A stretch of DNA of 63,942 nucleotides, filler included, from Myxococcota bacterium (GTDB taxonomy: Bacteria > Myxococcota_C > UBA6777), in assembly GCA_023150835.1 (NCBI GenBank). It is 3 parts of 3 records of this genome, joined end to end, with 100 filler letters (N's around TTAATTAATTAA, not from the genome) between each part and the next. Parts side by side here need not be neighbours in the genome. Positions count along the whole stretch, not along the records: positions 1 to 23,383 come from JAKLKB010000110.1; positions 23,484 to 46,845 come from JAKLKB010000111.1; 1 more part is not named here. One strand, written 5' to 3'. Positions 20,810-31,731 of this stretch are shown piece by piece. Position numbers and translations under genes: made by a program. Each line of letters begins with the position of its first letter. Position 1 is the stretch's first letter. The notes below the pieces were generated by a model. That model was given only the letters and a program-made list of their open reading frames with translations, ran no database searches and was not told the DNA's origin.

Positions 20810-20970
20810 GCCTCATCCCAAACGTTGCGATCACCCACACGCACGATCCGCTCCTGCTCCGTCCCAAAAGCCAGCCTCGTGCATCGACGACCTTGGTTCC
20901 GCTTGTTTCAAAACACAAAGACTTTGCCACGTTTGCCGCTTTCACACAAATAGTCGTGGCGCGGTGGGCA

Positions 20971-21094
20971 AAAAAACCCGCGTTCGCGCCACCTCAAGCG
21001 ACAGAGCCGCCTACGCGAAAGACCTGTGCTCTCTTCGCCCCTCACGGGGTCAAGGGAGCCGCGCCCCACAAGGGAGTGCGGGGTGAAACCCCAC
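20971..21094 (-). repeat. Dispersed ~125-bp structured repeat, copy D (diverged)
   Basis: CCCGCGTTCG...CAAGCGACAGAG...CTCTTCGCC...CGGGGTCAAGGG...GGGGTGAAACCCCA. Confidence 0.8.
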
Positions 21095-21293
21095 CCAAAC
21101 CATCGAACTGCGTAAGTCCTACAAATAGAAAAGATCCTTTTCCACCACACTGCGTACATCAAACCTCACAAGCCTTCTTCGCGAATCGCTTGCAGCATCC
21201 GTTTTTACCACACCCGCTTGACCACGAACACGCTTGCGTACCGTTTGCCCTCAAACCATCCGCGTGTGTTCCTGTCTTTGACGACCTTGGAGG

Positions 21294-23383
21294 TTGATCG
21301 TGTCCCTATCTACACAACGATCCGCAACACCACCCCACAGCGCACACCCACCACAACCCACCCACCACAAAAAACGCGCATCCATCCGTCCACACGAAAC
21401 TGCCCACCCTCCACAGCGCGCCTCGCGCCCTTCCCAACGCTTGGCCCTGTGGACCTTTTTGTGCTGTACGCTGCTCCTGCCCAGCCTCGACGGCTGCGTT
21501 GAAACGCACGCCGCACCCGACAACTGGCCCCAAGGCAAACCACCCATCGCACGCTTTGCCCCCAAAACCAGCACCGCAAAACGCGCCACCGCTCCCACCC
21601 CCAGCGCCCGCGCACTCAAAGATCAATTCTCCCTCGACGCGATCGCACCAAACCCCCAACGCTCCGCCAAAACGCAGTCCCTCAACGCACAACAAACCTC
21701 CCTCGCACAACAAGCCTCCGTCTATTTCGGCAAAGGCCGCCAACTCCGCACCCTGATCGAAACCGACAAGCCCATCTACCAACCGGGGCACACCATCTGG
21801 ACTCGTGCGATCTTCCTCCGCCAACAAGCCAATACACCCCTCAAACAGCGTGGGGCCGCCCTCTTTCAACTCATCGATCCGCGTGGCCGTGTCCAACAAA
21901 AGAAGCGTATCGAAGTCAAAGACGGACACGCTTTTACCGACTTTTCGCTTTCCAAAGACCTCGTCGGCGGTGAGTACATCTTGCGCGTCGAACATCTCCT
22001 CTGGCCCGACCTCAAAAGCGACCACAAGATCACCGTCAGCGTCTATCAGCCCCCTCGCATCAAGAAAAAATTAGACTTCTTGCGCAAAACCTACGGCGCG
22101 GGCGAAGAAGTCCAAGCCTTTTTCTCGATCAAACGCGCAACAGGCGAGCCTCTACGAAACCACGCTGTGCGGATGATCGCCCAACTCGACGGAAAATCCT
22201 ACAAACAATGGGAAGCCAAAACCGACGACAAAGGCGAAGCCATCCTCAGCCTCATTCTTCCTCAATCCCTTGAAACCGATGATGGACTCCTCAACGTCTT
22301 GATCGAAGAAGGCGGCGTCACCGAGTCCATCGCTCGCCCTCTCCCTCTTGCCGTCAAACGCCTCAAAGTCGCCTTCTTCCCAGAAGGCGGATACAGCGCC
22401 CTTGGGCTGACCAGCCGCGTCTACCTCGCGGCTCGAAAAATGCTCGACAACAAACCCTTCGATCTTGTCGGCGATATCCGCGATGATCACGGAAAAACCG
22501 TCGCCACGATCAAGACTTTTCACGACGGCATGGGACGTTTTCTCTACACGCCCAAAAAAGGCCGTTCTTATCATCTCCATATCACCCAACCTACCGGCCT
22601 CACCCAAACCTTTGCACTCCCTGAGGCCCAAGCCATCGGCTTCTCCTTCCAAGTCCACGACGATCCCACCGCGCAACACAACGATCTCTCCCTTACTTTC
22701 CACAGCAAACGCCGACAACGCATCACCTTGCTCGGCCTACAACACGAAAGCATCGTCGCGCACGCCGCTTTCAAGCTCACTCGCGGCTCCCAAAAGCTCC
22801 GCCTACCCCTTAAAAAACAATGGCGCGGCATCCTTCGCCTGACCGCTTTTGACGACAAAGATACGCCTGTCGCCGAACGCCTGATCTTCCGACGGCACGG
22901 CAAAGACCTCAACATCCGCATCCAACCCGACCAAGCCACCTATCCTCTCCGCGCCACCGCCTCCGCCACCTTGCGCGTTACCAATCCCGACGGAAAACCC
23001 GTCCCCAACGCCATCCTTGGCGCATCCGTGGTCGACGACACCGTCCTCAACTTTGCCGATGACCACGAACCTCACTTTCTCTCTCAACGCTTCCTCACTG
23101 CCCAACTCACGGGCAAGATCCACAAACCCAACTTTTATTTCGACCCCAAAGAGAAAAAAGCACCTTACGCCCTTGACTTTGTGATGGCGACTCACGGCTG
23201 GCGTTCCTTCTCTTGGACAGCCGTCCAACAACCACCCTTCCTCCCCACACAACGCCCTCTCTCTTCGCTCATCATCCACGCGCTCCCCACAGCCATGCCC
23301 GAAGGCAGACACCGATTCCGCAGAATGCGCCCGATGGCCGACGGCTTTGCTCAACCCGCACGCGCCCCCATGATGCCGATGGG
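21294..23383 (+). CDS. Alpha-2-macroglobulin-like protein (MG2 domain), 3'-truncated at contig end; true start probably further downstream
   Basis: IETDKPIYQPG (MG2), YQPPRIKKKLDFLRKTYGAG, FFPEGG, SVVDDTV, ALDFVMATHGWR. Confidence 0.87.
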
Positions 23384-23483
23384 NNNNNNNNNNNNNNNNN
23401 NNNNNNNNNNNNNNNNNNNNNNNNNNNTTAATTAATTAANNNNNNNNNNNNNNNNNNNNNNNNNNNNNNNNNNNNNNNNNNNN
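23384..23483. other. Artificial contig linker (N44-TTAATTAATTAA-N44)
   Basis: Six-frame stop linker flanked by Ns. Confidence 0.98.
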
Positions 23484-23616
23484 GAAAGCTTGTTCAAAGT
23501 GTTCGATGTTTTGGTAAGCAAGTGAAGATCGGAAAATTAGAAAAAGGAAAAGTCTGTTCGGTATGTTCTCTGGGAGTGGTGTAAGGAGACCGCCAAGAAC
23601 CCCAAAGCTAGGGCGG

Positions 23617-23666
23617 CGCCAACAATTTATTAAGCGGATGAAAATCTGTTGGTTGTTATGCGGATG
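23617..23666 (-). other. Candidate integron attI recombination site
   Basis: Minus strand GCTTAAT-AAATT-GTTGGCG (L box, 5-nt spacer, GTT core) with a direct repeat CATCCGC(A/T)TAA 26 bp upstream; lies upstream of and divergent from intI. Confidence 0.5.
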
Positions 23667-23910
23667 GGATGATGAAGCGTTTACGAAAAAGCATAAGCAA
23701 AGCGGTACTATCAACGAAGGTTTGTTCTGCACCGATGCTTTGCGGATAAGAGATGCGTCGGCCTTTTATTTCAGTTTTTTATATGTTTGCTCTTTGACGT
23801 TCCTCCTTCGCGCAGCTAAACTGGGATAAGACCAACGCCGCCGATAAAGGCCATGTTCGAGGAGAGCGATGCCCGATCAGAAATGCGATCAAATGCCCCT
23901 CTTGGCTGAT

Positions 23911-24032
23911 AAAAGCTGTGTTCGTGCTATTTCAAGAGGCAGGGCTGTTGGTTTGAAAAACGATGGCTCACCTCGCCAACAGTCAAGGGAGCGCTGCTCT
24001 CTTGTTGGGCTTGGGGGCAACGCCTCACAAAA
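23911..24032 (-). repeat. Dispersed ~125-bp structured repeat, copy E (degenerate)
   Basis: GTGTTCG...TTGAAAAAC...CTCGCCAA...GTCAAGGG...CTTG...GGGGGCAACGCCTCACAAAA. Confidence 0.6.
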
Positions 24033-24378
24033 CAGATCGAACCGGGAAAGTCTCGTATGAAAAGACGATTGGGCCAAGGCAACAAAAAGCAGCGGGCGCA
24101 TGAAAGGTAAGCACTGCGCTGGATTATTTACGTTGGAAACCATCGAAGGCAAAACCATCACAACTGCTGCCGATGTAAGAAAAGCGACCGATCGCTAAAA
24201 CCACAACCCTCACCCAAAGAAAGGACGGCGCTACCTACCCCCTTGATATATAGCAGAGATCGGTTCGATAGGGACGAATTCAGCGTCGAAGATTAGATTT
24301 CAGACGCTCTGGAATTTTACTGCTCACCAGTTCATCGTCAACTGCTATAAAAAGAGGACTTCCGCGCCTTAGTGCGTA

Positions 24379-26169
24379 ATGATAAACCTAACAAGACCGA
24401 CATTTGCCACAAGCATCGACAGATACGAGCGCCATCTTTTATGTATCGGAATCAAAAAAGAAGAAGTTTTTCATTGTGTTAAGTGGATTCGCTATTATCT
24501 TAATTTTTGCGCTAAATATTCATTTAATTTGGAAGAATTTGAGACAATAGATTTTTTTATTGATAAACTAAAAGAGAAAAAACAAGAAATTTGGAAGAGA
24601 AAACAAGCAAGAAATGCAATTCACACTTTCTTAAATTTACAAAACATTCCGTCTACCTGCGACCGTTGCGATGAGTACCAAAAGGAGACTTGTAACGCGG
24701 ACTCAAACAAGCCGAAAACCGAGCACTACCATGATCACGAAAGAAAGCAACACCAAGCGTTGTTATCGAACGCTATACAAATAAACAGCTTCCAAGAAGC
24801 TTCTGCAGAAAACAACAGATACCACACCGTTGCCTCGGAAGAAAGCAGAAACGAAGAAGCTTTCGCAAAAAAAGACGAGCTTATCATAGAAAAAATAGAG
24901 ATGTCCCAGTCTTTTGTATCGAACGAAGGTTTAAAAGTAAGCAACGCATTTTCTAGAAATTCAGCAAGAGAACATGCTGTTTCGGTGGATGAAGTTTCTC
25001 GTTTGGATGACGACATAAAACCTAGCAATTGCTTTGCAAACAGAACAACAGCGCAGACACTTGATCAGACAGAGAACCACATTGGCTCGCCTGTTTTCAA
25101 AAAGACGAGCCAGATAGAGAACCCTATTGATTTGCCTGTTTCCCAGAAAACGAACCAGACAGAGAATCACATCGATCCGCCCATTCCTCAAAAAATGACT
25201 TGGACTGTTGTCTATCGCTTGCTTGGGTCGGCTATCGAGACCAGACATTACTCCCCCAAAACACTCAAAAGCTATAAAGGTTGGGTGTATCAACTGGAAT
25301 TGTTTTGCAATCACAAACCTCCAAGCGAACTCTGCCATACGGACGTCGCCGCGTTTTTGAGCCATCTTGCCGTACACCGCCGTATTTCCGCTTCGAGTCA
25401 AAACCTCGCTTTTCATGCGCTGTTGTTCGTTTTTAAGCATATACTCCAGAAAAATCTTGAAAATTTTACGGGCGTAATTCGCGCTAAAAAAACGAAATAT
25501 GTACCTGCCGTATTGTCTCAACAAGAAGTACGAAAGCTGTTCGCAAACCTTGAAAAACCCATCGATTTGATCGCGATGGTTTTGTACGGATGCGGCTTGC
25601 GCTTGTCAGAAGGACTCAACCTGCGCGTACAAGATATCGATTTTGACAACGAACGACTGCTTGTCCGCAACGGGAAAGGAAGGAAAGATCGATGTGTTCC
25701 TTTGCCAGAAAGCATTCGTTCTCAACTTCAGAAGCAATTTCAACAAGTCGTAAAACTTCACCAAGAAGACAAACGTGTGGGCTTTGATGGAGTGTTTCTT
25801 CATGGAATTCATAGCGGAAGAAACAAAAATGCTGCAAAAGATTTGATTTTACAATGGTTTTTTCCAGCAGAACATCTAACAGAAACCCAAAGCGGAGAAC
25901 TCCGACGCCACCACGTCCACGAAAGCTCCGTTCAAAAGGCTATCAAAAAAGCAGCTTACGAAGCCGAGATACCAAAACGAGTGACTCCACATATCCTTCG
26001 GCATAGCTTCGCGAGCCATTTGCTACAAGCGAATTTTGATATCCGCACCATTCAAGAACTCCTCGGGCACAATAACCTTAACACAACAATGATTTATACA
26101 CATACTGTAAAAAGCTTTACCAAAAAAGAAGCCCAAAGTCCGCTCGATTTTTTAAACACCGAAGAATAG
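24379..26169 (+). CDS. intI: Integron integrase with ~270-aa N-terminal extension
   Basis: RHYSPKTLKSY, SASSQNLA, LYGCGLRLSE, RNGKGRKDR, integron-specific insert (QWFFPA...RRHHVHESSVQKAIK), HILRHSFASHLL, IQELLGH, TMIYTH; visibly lower GC than flanks. Confidence 0.95.
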   Translation: MINLTRPTFATSIDRYERHLLCIGIKKEEVFHCVKWIRYYLNFCAKYSFNLEEFETIDFFIDKLKEKKQEIWKRKQARNAIHTFLNLQNIPSTCDRCDEYQKETCNADSNKPKTEHYHDHERKQHQALLSNAIQINSFQEASAENNRYHTVASEESRNEEAFAKKDELIIEKIEMSQSFVSNEGLKVSNAFSRNSAREHAVSVDEVSRLDDDIKPSNCFANRTTAQTLDQTENHIGSPVFKKTSQIENPIDLPVSQKTNQTENHIDPPIPQKMTWTVVYRLLGSAIETRHYSPKTLKSYKGWVYQLELFCNHKPPSELCHTDVAAFLSHLAVHRRISASSQNLAFHALLFVFKHILQKNLENFTGVIRAKKTKYVPAVLSQQEVRKLFANLEKPIDLIAMVLYGCGLRLSEGLNLRVQDIDFDNERLLVRNGKGRKDRCVPLPESIRSQLQKQFQQVVKLHQEDKRVGFDGVFLHGIHSGRNKNAAKDLILQWFFPAEHLTETQSGELRRHHVHESSVQKAIKKAAYEAEIPKRVTPHILRHSFASHLLQANFDIRTIQELLGHNNLNTTMIYTHTVKSFTKKEAQSPLDFLNTEE

Positions 26170-26221
26170 ACATTTTCTATGGATTCATTCGGGGAGCCGC
26201 TTGGGTGGTTGTGAGCGCGAT

Positions 26222-26346
26222 GGCCGCAGTCAGTTTAAGCGGTTGTTTGGAAAAGAGGGTGAGGCCGCAGTCAGTTTGAGCGGTTGTTTGGGAAAGAGTG
26301 TGAGGCCGCAGTCAGTTCGAGCGGTTGTTCGGGAAAGAGGGTGAGG
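26222..26346. repeat. 41-bp tandem repeat x3 downstream of intI
   Basis: GGCCGCAGTCAGTTYRAGCGGTTGTTYGGRAAAGAGKGTGA at 26222, 26263 and 26304. Confidence 0.88.
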
Positions 26347-26498
26347 TGGCAGTCGCTTGGGCAGTTGTGAGCACAGGGGCTACAGTCGGTGGGTTGTTTT
26401 TGAGGATAGCAGTGCTTTGTTTTTCGTTACGGGTTGATAAAGCGAGACAGGCAAGCCGCACTGCATTCGAGGTCAGCACAGTAGCGCTTTGTTTTTCG

Positions 26499-29400
26499 TT
26501 ACGGGTTGACGAAGTGAGAGCGAGTTTCGAGGGCGATATCAAGAGGCGAATTGGCAAGCGAAAGGAAAGCTTGGACGAGAGCAGAACCCGCTTGTTTGGC
26601 CGAGAGGACGAGCGTGATACGAAGGGTTTGCTTGGAGCCAAGAGAAGGGATGCGATGGATGCGATAATGGCCTGTGCTGCGGTCTTTTTCGATAAACACG
26701 CCTTTGGGTTCAGATTCAAAACGAACAAAGCGAGCGATATTATTGAAGTGTAGGCGGATATCGATATCTTGAGCTGCTGCTCCACCGATGTTTCGGAGGG
26801 TGAGAGTATATTGGCTTTCTTGTCCGACTTGAGTGACAGATTGCGCGGGAGTCAGGTGGGCTTGAAGGATCGGACGCTTGGGAAGGATGACGCGGGGAGA
26901 AGAAGTCTCTTCGAGCTTGAGTTGAAAGTTACGGATTTGAAGGCGACTGTCCCCGTAGGCGACGATCTGGACGCGCCCTTGGGAGGAACTGAGATGGCGA
27001 ACCGTATGGGCCAATCCAAACCAGTAGGAAAGTCGATGGCCACGAACTTTGACTCGAACGAGAGTCCAGCCTTGGGCTTGGAAGCGCCCACCTCCGAAGT
27101 ATAGCCTGTTTGAAAAAGAATCGTGTTTGCTGTCTTTGTGAACCTGCAAAGAGAAACCACGTGCTGCATTGGCGACCTCAAAAGAGAGCGTGTAGTTTTT
27201 GAGCATATCGTCGCCAAGAGTCAGACGGGCTTGGTTGTGTGAGATGGTACGGGCCTCAAGCGCGCCGTTGGTCATGACCCAATCGCCGTCGATATCGAAG
27301 TCGCCCGGGATATCTTTGTAAGATCTTTGGAGAGCGGCTTGGAGCGTTCGACGCTGGGCTGTTTGAAGAGATTTGAAGCGCTCGGCGTGTTTGCGAGCGA
27401 TCAGCAGCACAGAAGAAAGTTGCGCACGTTGTTCAAGAGCAGACCATTGCTGCGCTGCAACGGAGAATTGAGCTTGTTCTTCCCAGATTTTAGAGGACTT
27501 GTTGAGCTCCTGAAGATCAGAAAGGTCGCGTAAAGCCGAAGAAAGAGAGCGTTGGAGTCGGCGAAATTCACCTGTGGAAAGAAGGGATGCGCCCGTCAAG
27601 AGCCACTCAAGGCCAAAGGAGGAACGCAGAGTGGCTGTGCTGTTGGGGGCGCTCCAAAGAAGGGTGGCTCGTGTGGGTTGAAGGTGTTTGAGGAGGGTAT
27701 GGGCGCGAGGAAAGGCCGCGATGGGAGGGAGAGAACGTGCAAGAGAGCGTTCGCCTGTATAGAGGATTGGCAAAAGTCCGAGCATGGTTTGATAAAGAAA
27801 GGTCGCTTGTTTACGCAAAGAAGCATGAGCAGAAAAGCCATTGTGAGTGGCTGTTTGCTTGAGGCTCGCACGCATCGCAAGGGTTTTGGGAGAAGGATGA
27901 CGGAGAGAGTCGATCAGATCGCGGATGGCGTGTGGGGTTGGGGCGAGGATCATGTGGTTCTCGACGTAGACGAGACGCAAAACGCGGAAGACTTCGGGGA
28001 TTTGTTGTTGGCGCATGGCGTGGCGGCGATAACGGGGGTAGGGGCGTGGGCGGCGATAACGGCGGTGGCGTCGATATCCTCGGGAGTCGTGGCCGTAAGC
28101 GCGGGGGATGCGCGAAGGATAGGCGTTGGGATCGAACTTTTTTCGGGACTTTTCTTCGACGAAGCGGATGGGGGCGATGCGATAGATCTTGTAGCCCTCA
28201 TAAGAAGTCGATTTGAGTTCGAAGGCAAAGACGCCAGCGATAGAAGAAAAGAGTTTGTGGACCCGAGGTTGGTCTTGGAGTTTGAGGACTTGGATCCACG
28301 AGGGCCAGAGGGTGCCTTTGGGGTTGTAGAAAAAGATGGAGAAATCTTGTCCGAAGGCGCGAAGCGTTTGTTCGATGGTACCGTTGAGGAAAGCGCGTTC
28401 GACACGGACGACGTTTTGCATGAAGTAGGCGTGGAGGGGCGGTGCGAGCTTTTTGAGAGAGGCTTCGAGATCATGCCAGATCGAAGCGAGCGGGATATGG
28501 GTTTGGATGGCGGAGAAAGTGCGTGCGGGAGCGTAGTTGGAAAGCGAGCCGTCGACGGAGGGGAGCGAAAGGAGGCGAGAAAAGCCGCGCAGTTTGGCGG
28601 GGTCGAGCGAGAGATGGAAGCGGCTGACGAAGTCGGAACCTTCGGTCTGTAGGGTGATGCCGGCGCTTTTCCACGCAGAAAAGCCCAATCCATCGAAGAT
28701 ATCTTGTATTCCGATAGAGAACTGGCTGAGCGCAGAGCGGAACTGGGGTTCTAGCGTAAGGGCGGCTTGATTGAGGAGGGATTCGGTGGCGACGTAGAGA
28801 GAAAGGCCGCTACGGAATTGAGTGGCGCGCAAGAAGCCGAGGAAGAGAGGATCTTTGTCAAGGCCGATGCCTTGGCCGTTTGCGCGAGAAAGCATCTCTT
28901 TGAGTAATTCTGGTGTGGTGGCAAACAAGACGTGGTTGGGCAAGAACGTGAAGTGTACGTTGGTTTCAAGACCTTGGAGGAGTTGGACGGATTGGTTAGC
29001 GATCTTGTAATCAGCGCGCTTGACAGGGATTTGTTGAAGGAGGACGTCGACGAGCTTTTGCGCACGGGCCTGATCGGCATAACGCAGGATGGCGGCCAAT
29101 TGGAGGCGCTCGGAACCGACGGGGACGCGAACGACTGCAAAGACATGAGGGCCGTCAAAAAGAGCGGTTGCTTCGGAAAGGCGCATCCCTGCGAGTTGTT
29201 GAAGCAGTTTGTCGAAGAGGTGGGTGACGCGGGTACTTTCGAGCCCAGAGAGGACGCCACCGAGACCAAAACGGTGCAAAACAAAAGACAGAGTTCCTGC
29301 GCGTTTGCGGTTTTTTTTCCACCAACGCTTGAGTGGTTTGAGTTCGGGTTCTGCGAGCAGCTTGGCGAGCGAAGTCTGCGTCAAACCGCGTGAGATCTTG

Positions 29401-29600
29401 GAAAGCGAAGAGAGCGTAAGCGCAACTTGTGTGCCTTTGGGAAGAAGGCGGATCTCTTGTTGGGCCTCGATGTAAGTGGGCAGGCCATTGTTGGGTGGAG
29501 GGGCTTTGGGTGGGAGTGGATTTGCGTGGGCGTGGGAGAGCGTCCACAAACCAAGGCAAAGAGCGAAGGCGAACCAGAGACGCAAGGGACGGTAGCGCAT
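26499..29600 (-). CDS. Large secreted hypothetical protein (DUF3352-like body; C-terminal jelly-roll-like and DUF11-like Ig domains)
   Basis: Signal peptide MRYRPLRLWFAFALCLGLWTLSHAHA; C-terminal YTLTLRNIGGAAAQDI resembles DUF11; domain names are tentative. Confidence 0.7.
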   Translation of the reverse strand: MRYRPLRLWFAFALCLGLWTLSHAHANPLPPKAPPPNNGLPTYIEAQQEIRLLPKGTQVALTLSSLSKISRGLTQTSLAKLLAEPELKPLKRWWKKNRKRAGTLSFVLHRFGLGGVLSGLESTRVTHLFDKLLQQLAGMRLSEATALFDGPHVFAVVRVPVGSERLQLAAILRYADQARAQKLVDVLLQQIPVKRADYKIANQSVQLLQGLETNVHFTFLPNHVLFATTPELLKEMLSRANGQGIGLDKDPLFLGFLRATQFRSGLSLYVATESLLNQAALTLEPQFRSALSQFSIGIQDIFDGLGFSAWKSAGITLQTEGSDFVSRFHLSLDPAKLRGFSRLLSLPSVDGSLSNYAPARTFSAIQTHIPLASIWHDLEASLKKLAPPLHAYFMQNVVRVERAFLNGTIEQTLRAFGQDFSIFFYNPKGTLWPSWIQVLKLQDQPRVHKLFSSIAGVFAFELKSTSYEGYKIYRIAPIRFVEEKSRKKFDPNAYPSRIPRAYGHDSRGYRRHRRYRRPRPYPRYRRHAMRQQQIPEVFRVLRLVYVENHMILAPTPHAIRDLIDSLRHPSPKTLAMRASLKQTATHNGFSAHASLRKQATFLYQTMLGLLPILYTGERSLARSLPPIAAFPRAHTLLKHLQPTRATLLWSAPNSTATLRSSFGLEWLLTGASLLSTGEFRRLQRSLSSALRDLSDLQELNKSSKIWEEQAQFSVAAQQWSALEQRAQLSSVLLIARKHAERFKSLQTAQRRTLQAALQRSYKDIPGDFDIDGDWVMTNGALEARTISHNQARLTLGDDMLKNYTLSFEVANAARGFSLQVHKDSKHDSFSNRLYFGGGRFQAQGWTLVRVKVRGHRLSYWFGLAHTVRHLSSSQGRVQIVAYGDSRLQIRNFQLKLEETSSPRVILPKRPILQAHLTPAQSVTQVGQESQYTLTLRNIGGAAAQDIDIRLHFNNIARFVRFESEPKGVFIEKDRSTGHYRIHRIPSLGSKQTLRITLVLSAKQAGSALVQAFLSLANSPLDIALETRSHFVNP

Positions 29601-29933
29601 AATAGGCTCCTTCTGTTGAGGGGTACGAGTGTCGGGCCACAGGGAAAGAGACGTCGTTTGTAGCGGAGAGGAAGGGCTGTTGCAAGAGGCCAGCAGAAAG
29701 GACCGAAGGTACAAACGTTGCGCAGCAGAGTTCTGTTGTGCTGGTCGGGTTGCAAGAGGCTAGAGACGAAAGACGGAAGAGGATACTGCGAGTCGCAGGG
29801 AGGTGTATGTTGGGGGATGTGGGTGTGAAGAAGGCGAGGGTTTCGTGGCTGCGGGTCGCATGGAGGTGAATGTTGGAGATGATGAAGAGGGCGGTCGCGG
29901 GTGAGATGAGGGGAGAGTGCGGTGGTGCGATCA

Positions 29934-30245
29934 GAAGAGCGCGGCAGCGGGAGAGAGAGGTGGTAGATGGTTGTTAGGGGCAAGTATGCGTGGGTTAAAA
30001 TTGTCAGGAAGAGCGCGGCAGCGGGAGAGAGAGGTGGTAGATGGAGCGTGCAGCAGTGCGAGTCGAGCGAGTGGTACGAGATTCGCTCGTTGCGTTATCG
30101 TAAAGAGGTCGGTGCAGACAGGTGTGGCTGCCCAACAATCGGGCGTCTAGGCACTCTCCTATACATCACTCGGATATCGTACGAGATGGTAGGTTGAGCG
30201 AGTCGCGGTGCGAGTTGAGCGAGTCGCGGTGCGGGTTGAGCGAGC
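29934..30245. repeat. Intergenic repeats: 37-bp direct repeat pair, REP remnant (~30123-30149), 21-bp tandem (~30193-30245)
   Basis: GAAGAGCGCGGCAGCGGGAGAGAGAGGTGGTAGATGG at 29934 and 30008; TGTGGCTGCCCAACAATCGGGCGTCTA; GTTGAGCGAGTCGCGGTGCG repeated. Confidence 0.85.
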
Positions 30246-30455
30246 AGCGGCGCGATGGGAGTGTTACGATCGTGGTTGGTGGTGCGTCTGTGTGGATCGA
30301 GGGGTCGATGTGGTCGGAGGTCTGGGTCTTGTGCGTGCGGCGTATTGTGGTTTGAGAGGTGGTTGTGGTAGGCAAGATATCTTGCATTTTGGAGAGGAAG
30401 CAGCCGTTGTTTGGCGGCGTAAGACGGTCGTAGGAACCGCGTGGAAAGGTGAGCG

Positions 30456-31649
30456 ATGTACAGCCAAAAGAGCCAAGATATCTTGCAAGGGCAACTGAAA
30501 GAGATCGAAGGGGCAGGGACTTATAAACGAGAGCGGATCATCGAGTCGTCGCAGTCGGCGTCGATTCGGGTTCAGGCGCGTGATGGGGAAGTGTTGAACT
30601 TTTGTGCGAACAATTACCTTGGATTGAGCAACAACCCGAGTTTGATCGAAGCGGCGAAAGAGGCGTTGGATACGCATGGTTTGGGCCTGAGCTCGGTGCG
30701 TTTTATTTGCGGGACACAAGATATCCACAAGGCGTTAGAGCGCAAGATCGCGGCGTTTCATGGGATGGAAGATACGATCTTGTATTCGAGCTGCTTTGAT
30801 GCGAACGGTGGTTTGTTTGAGACGCTGTTGGGGGCGGAAGATGCGATCTTGAGCGATGCGTTGAACCACGCTTCGATCATCGACGGGATCCGTTTGTGCA
30901 AAGCGAAGCGTTATCGCTATGCGAATGGGGATATGGAAGAGTTGGAGACTCAACTCAAAGAGGCCCAAGGTGCGAGGGTTCGGATGATCGCGACCGATGG
31001 TGTGTTTAGTATGGACGGTTATCTGGCCAAGCTGGATCGGATCTGTGATCTGGCCGAAAGATACGACGCTTTGGTGATGGTTGATGAATCCCATGCGACG
31101 GGATTTGTGGGCAAGACGGGACGAGGGACGCCTGAACATTGCGGTGTGATGGGGCGTGTGGATGTGATCACATCGACGCTTGGAAAAGCACTGGGTGGTG
31201 CGTCGGGTGGTTACACAACAGGTCGCCAAGAGATCGTGGATCTGTTGCGGCAACGCTCGCGTCCGTATTTGTTTTCCAACACGCTTGCGCCTGCGTTGGT
31301 GGGTGCGGCGATCAAGGTGTTTGAGATGTTGTCTGCCTCGACAGCGCTGCGAGATCGTTTGGAAGAAAGCACGCGATATTTTCGGGAAAAGATGACCTTT
31401 GCGGGATTCAAGATCAAAGAAGGCGTGCATCCGATCGTGCCGATTATGCTGGGAGATGCGCGCCTTGCGTCACAGATAGCGGAGGATATGTTGGCGCGTG
31501 GGATTTATGTGATCGGCTTCAGCTACCCCGTCGTGCCAAAGGGCGAAGCGCGGATTCGCGTGCAGATATCGGCGGGTCACACACGCGAACAGCTTGATCA
31601 GGCGATCGCTGCGTTTGTGGAAGTGGGCAAAGCGCACGAAGTGATCTAG
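30456..31649 (+). CDS. kbl: Glycine C-acetyltransferase (2-amino-3-ketobutyrate CoA ligase)
   Basis: [66 protein letters not shown]. Confidence 0.97.
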   Translation: MYSQKSQDILQGQLKEIEGAGTYKRERIIESSQSASIRVQARDGEVLNFCANNYLGLSNNPSLIEAAKEALDTHGLGLSSVRFICGTQDIHKALERKIAAFHGMEDTILYSSCFDANGGLFETLLGAEDAILSDALNHASIIDGIRLCKAKRYRYANGDMEELETQLKEAQGARVRMIATDGVFSMDGYLAKLDRICDLAERYDALVMVDESHATGFVGKTGRGTPEHCGVMGRVDVITSTLGKALGGASGGYTTGRQEIVDLLRQRSRPYLFSNTLAPALVGAAIKVFEMLSASTALRDRLEESTRYFREKMTFAGFKIKEGVHPIVPIMLGDARLASQIAEDMLARGIYVIGFSYPVVPKGEARIRVQISAGHTREQLDQAIAAFVEVGKAHEVI

Positions 31650-31731
31650 AGCGTTTGTCGCAAAAGTCTGTTTGAGGCTGAGAGAGGCTTGTTGTGTTGT
31701 GAGCGGGCGCTGGCGGTAAAGGTGTATTGGG

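Noticed and set aside
23428-23439. TTAATTAATTAA palindrome (also at 46890-46901)
   Set aside because: Artificial six-frame stop linker between contigs; not biological. Gene neighbourhoods across it are not interpretable.
24386-24392. ACCTAAC (GTTAGGT on minus strand) as attI core
   Set aside because: Lies inside the first codons of intI with no convincing L box; a 7-mer match is expected by chance.
29934-30044. 37-bp repeat with 37-bp spacer as a mini-CRISPR
   Set aside because: Only two repeats, non-palindromic, no typical CRISPR repeat end and no cas genes.
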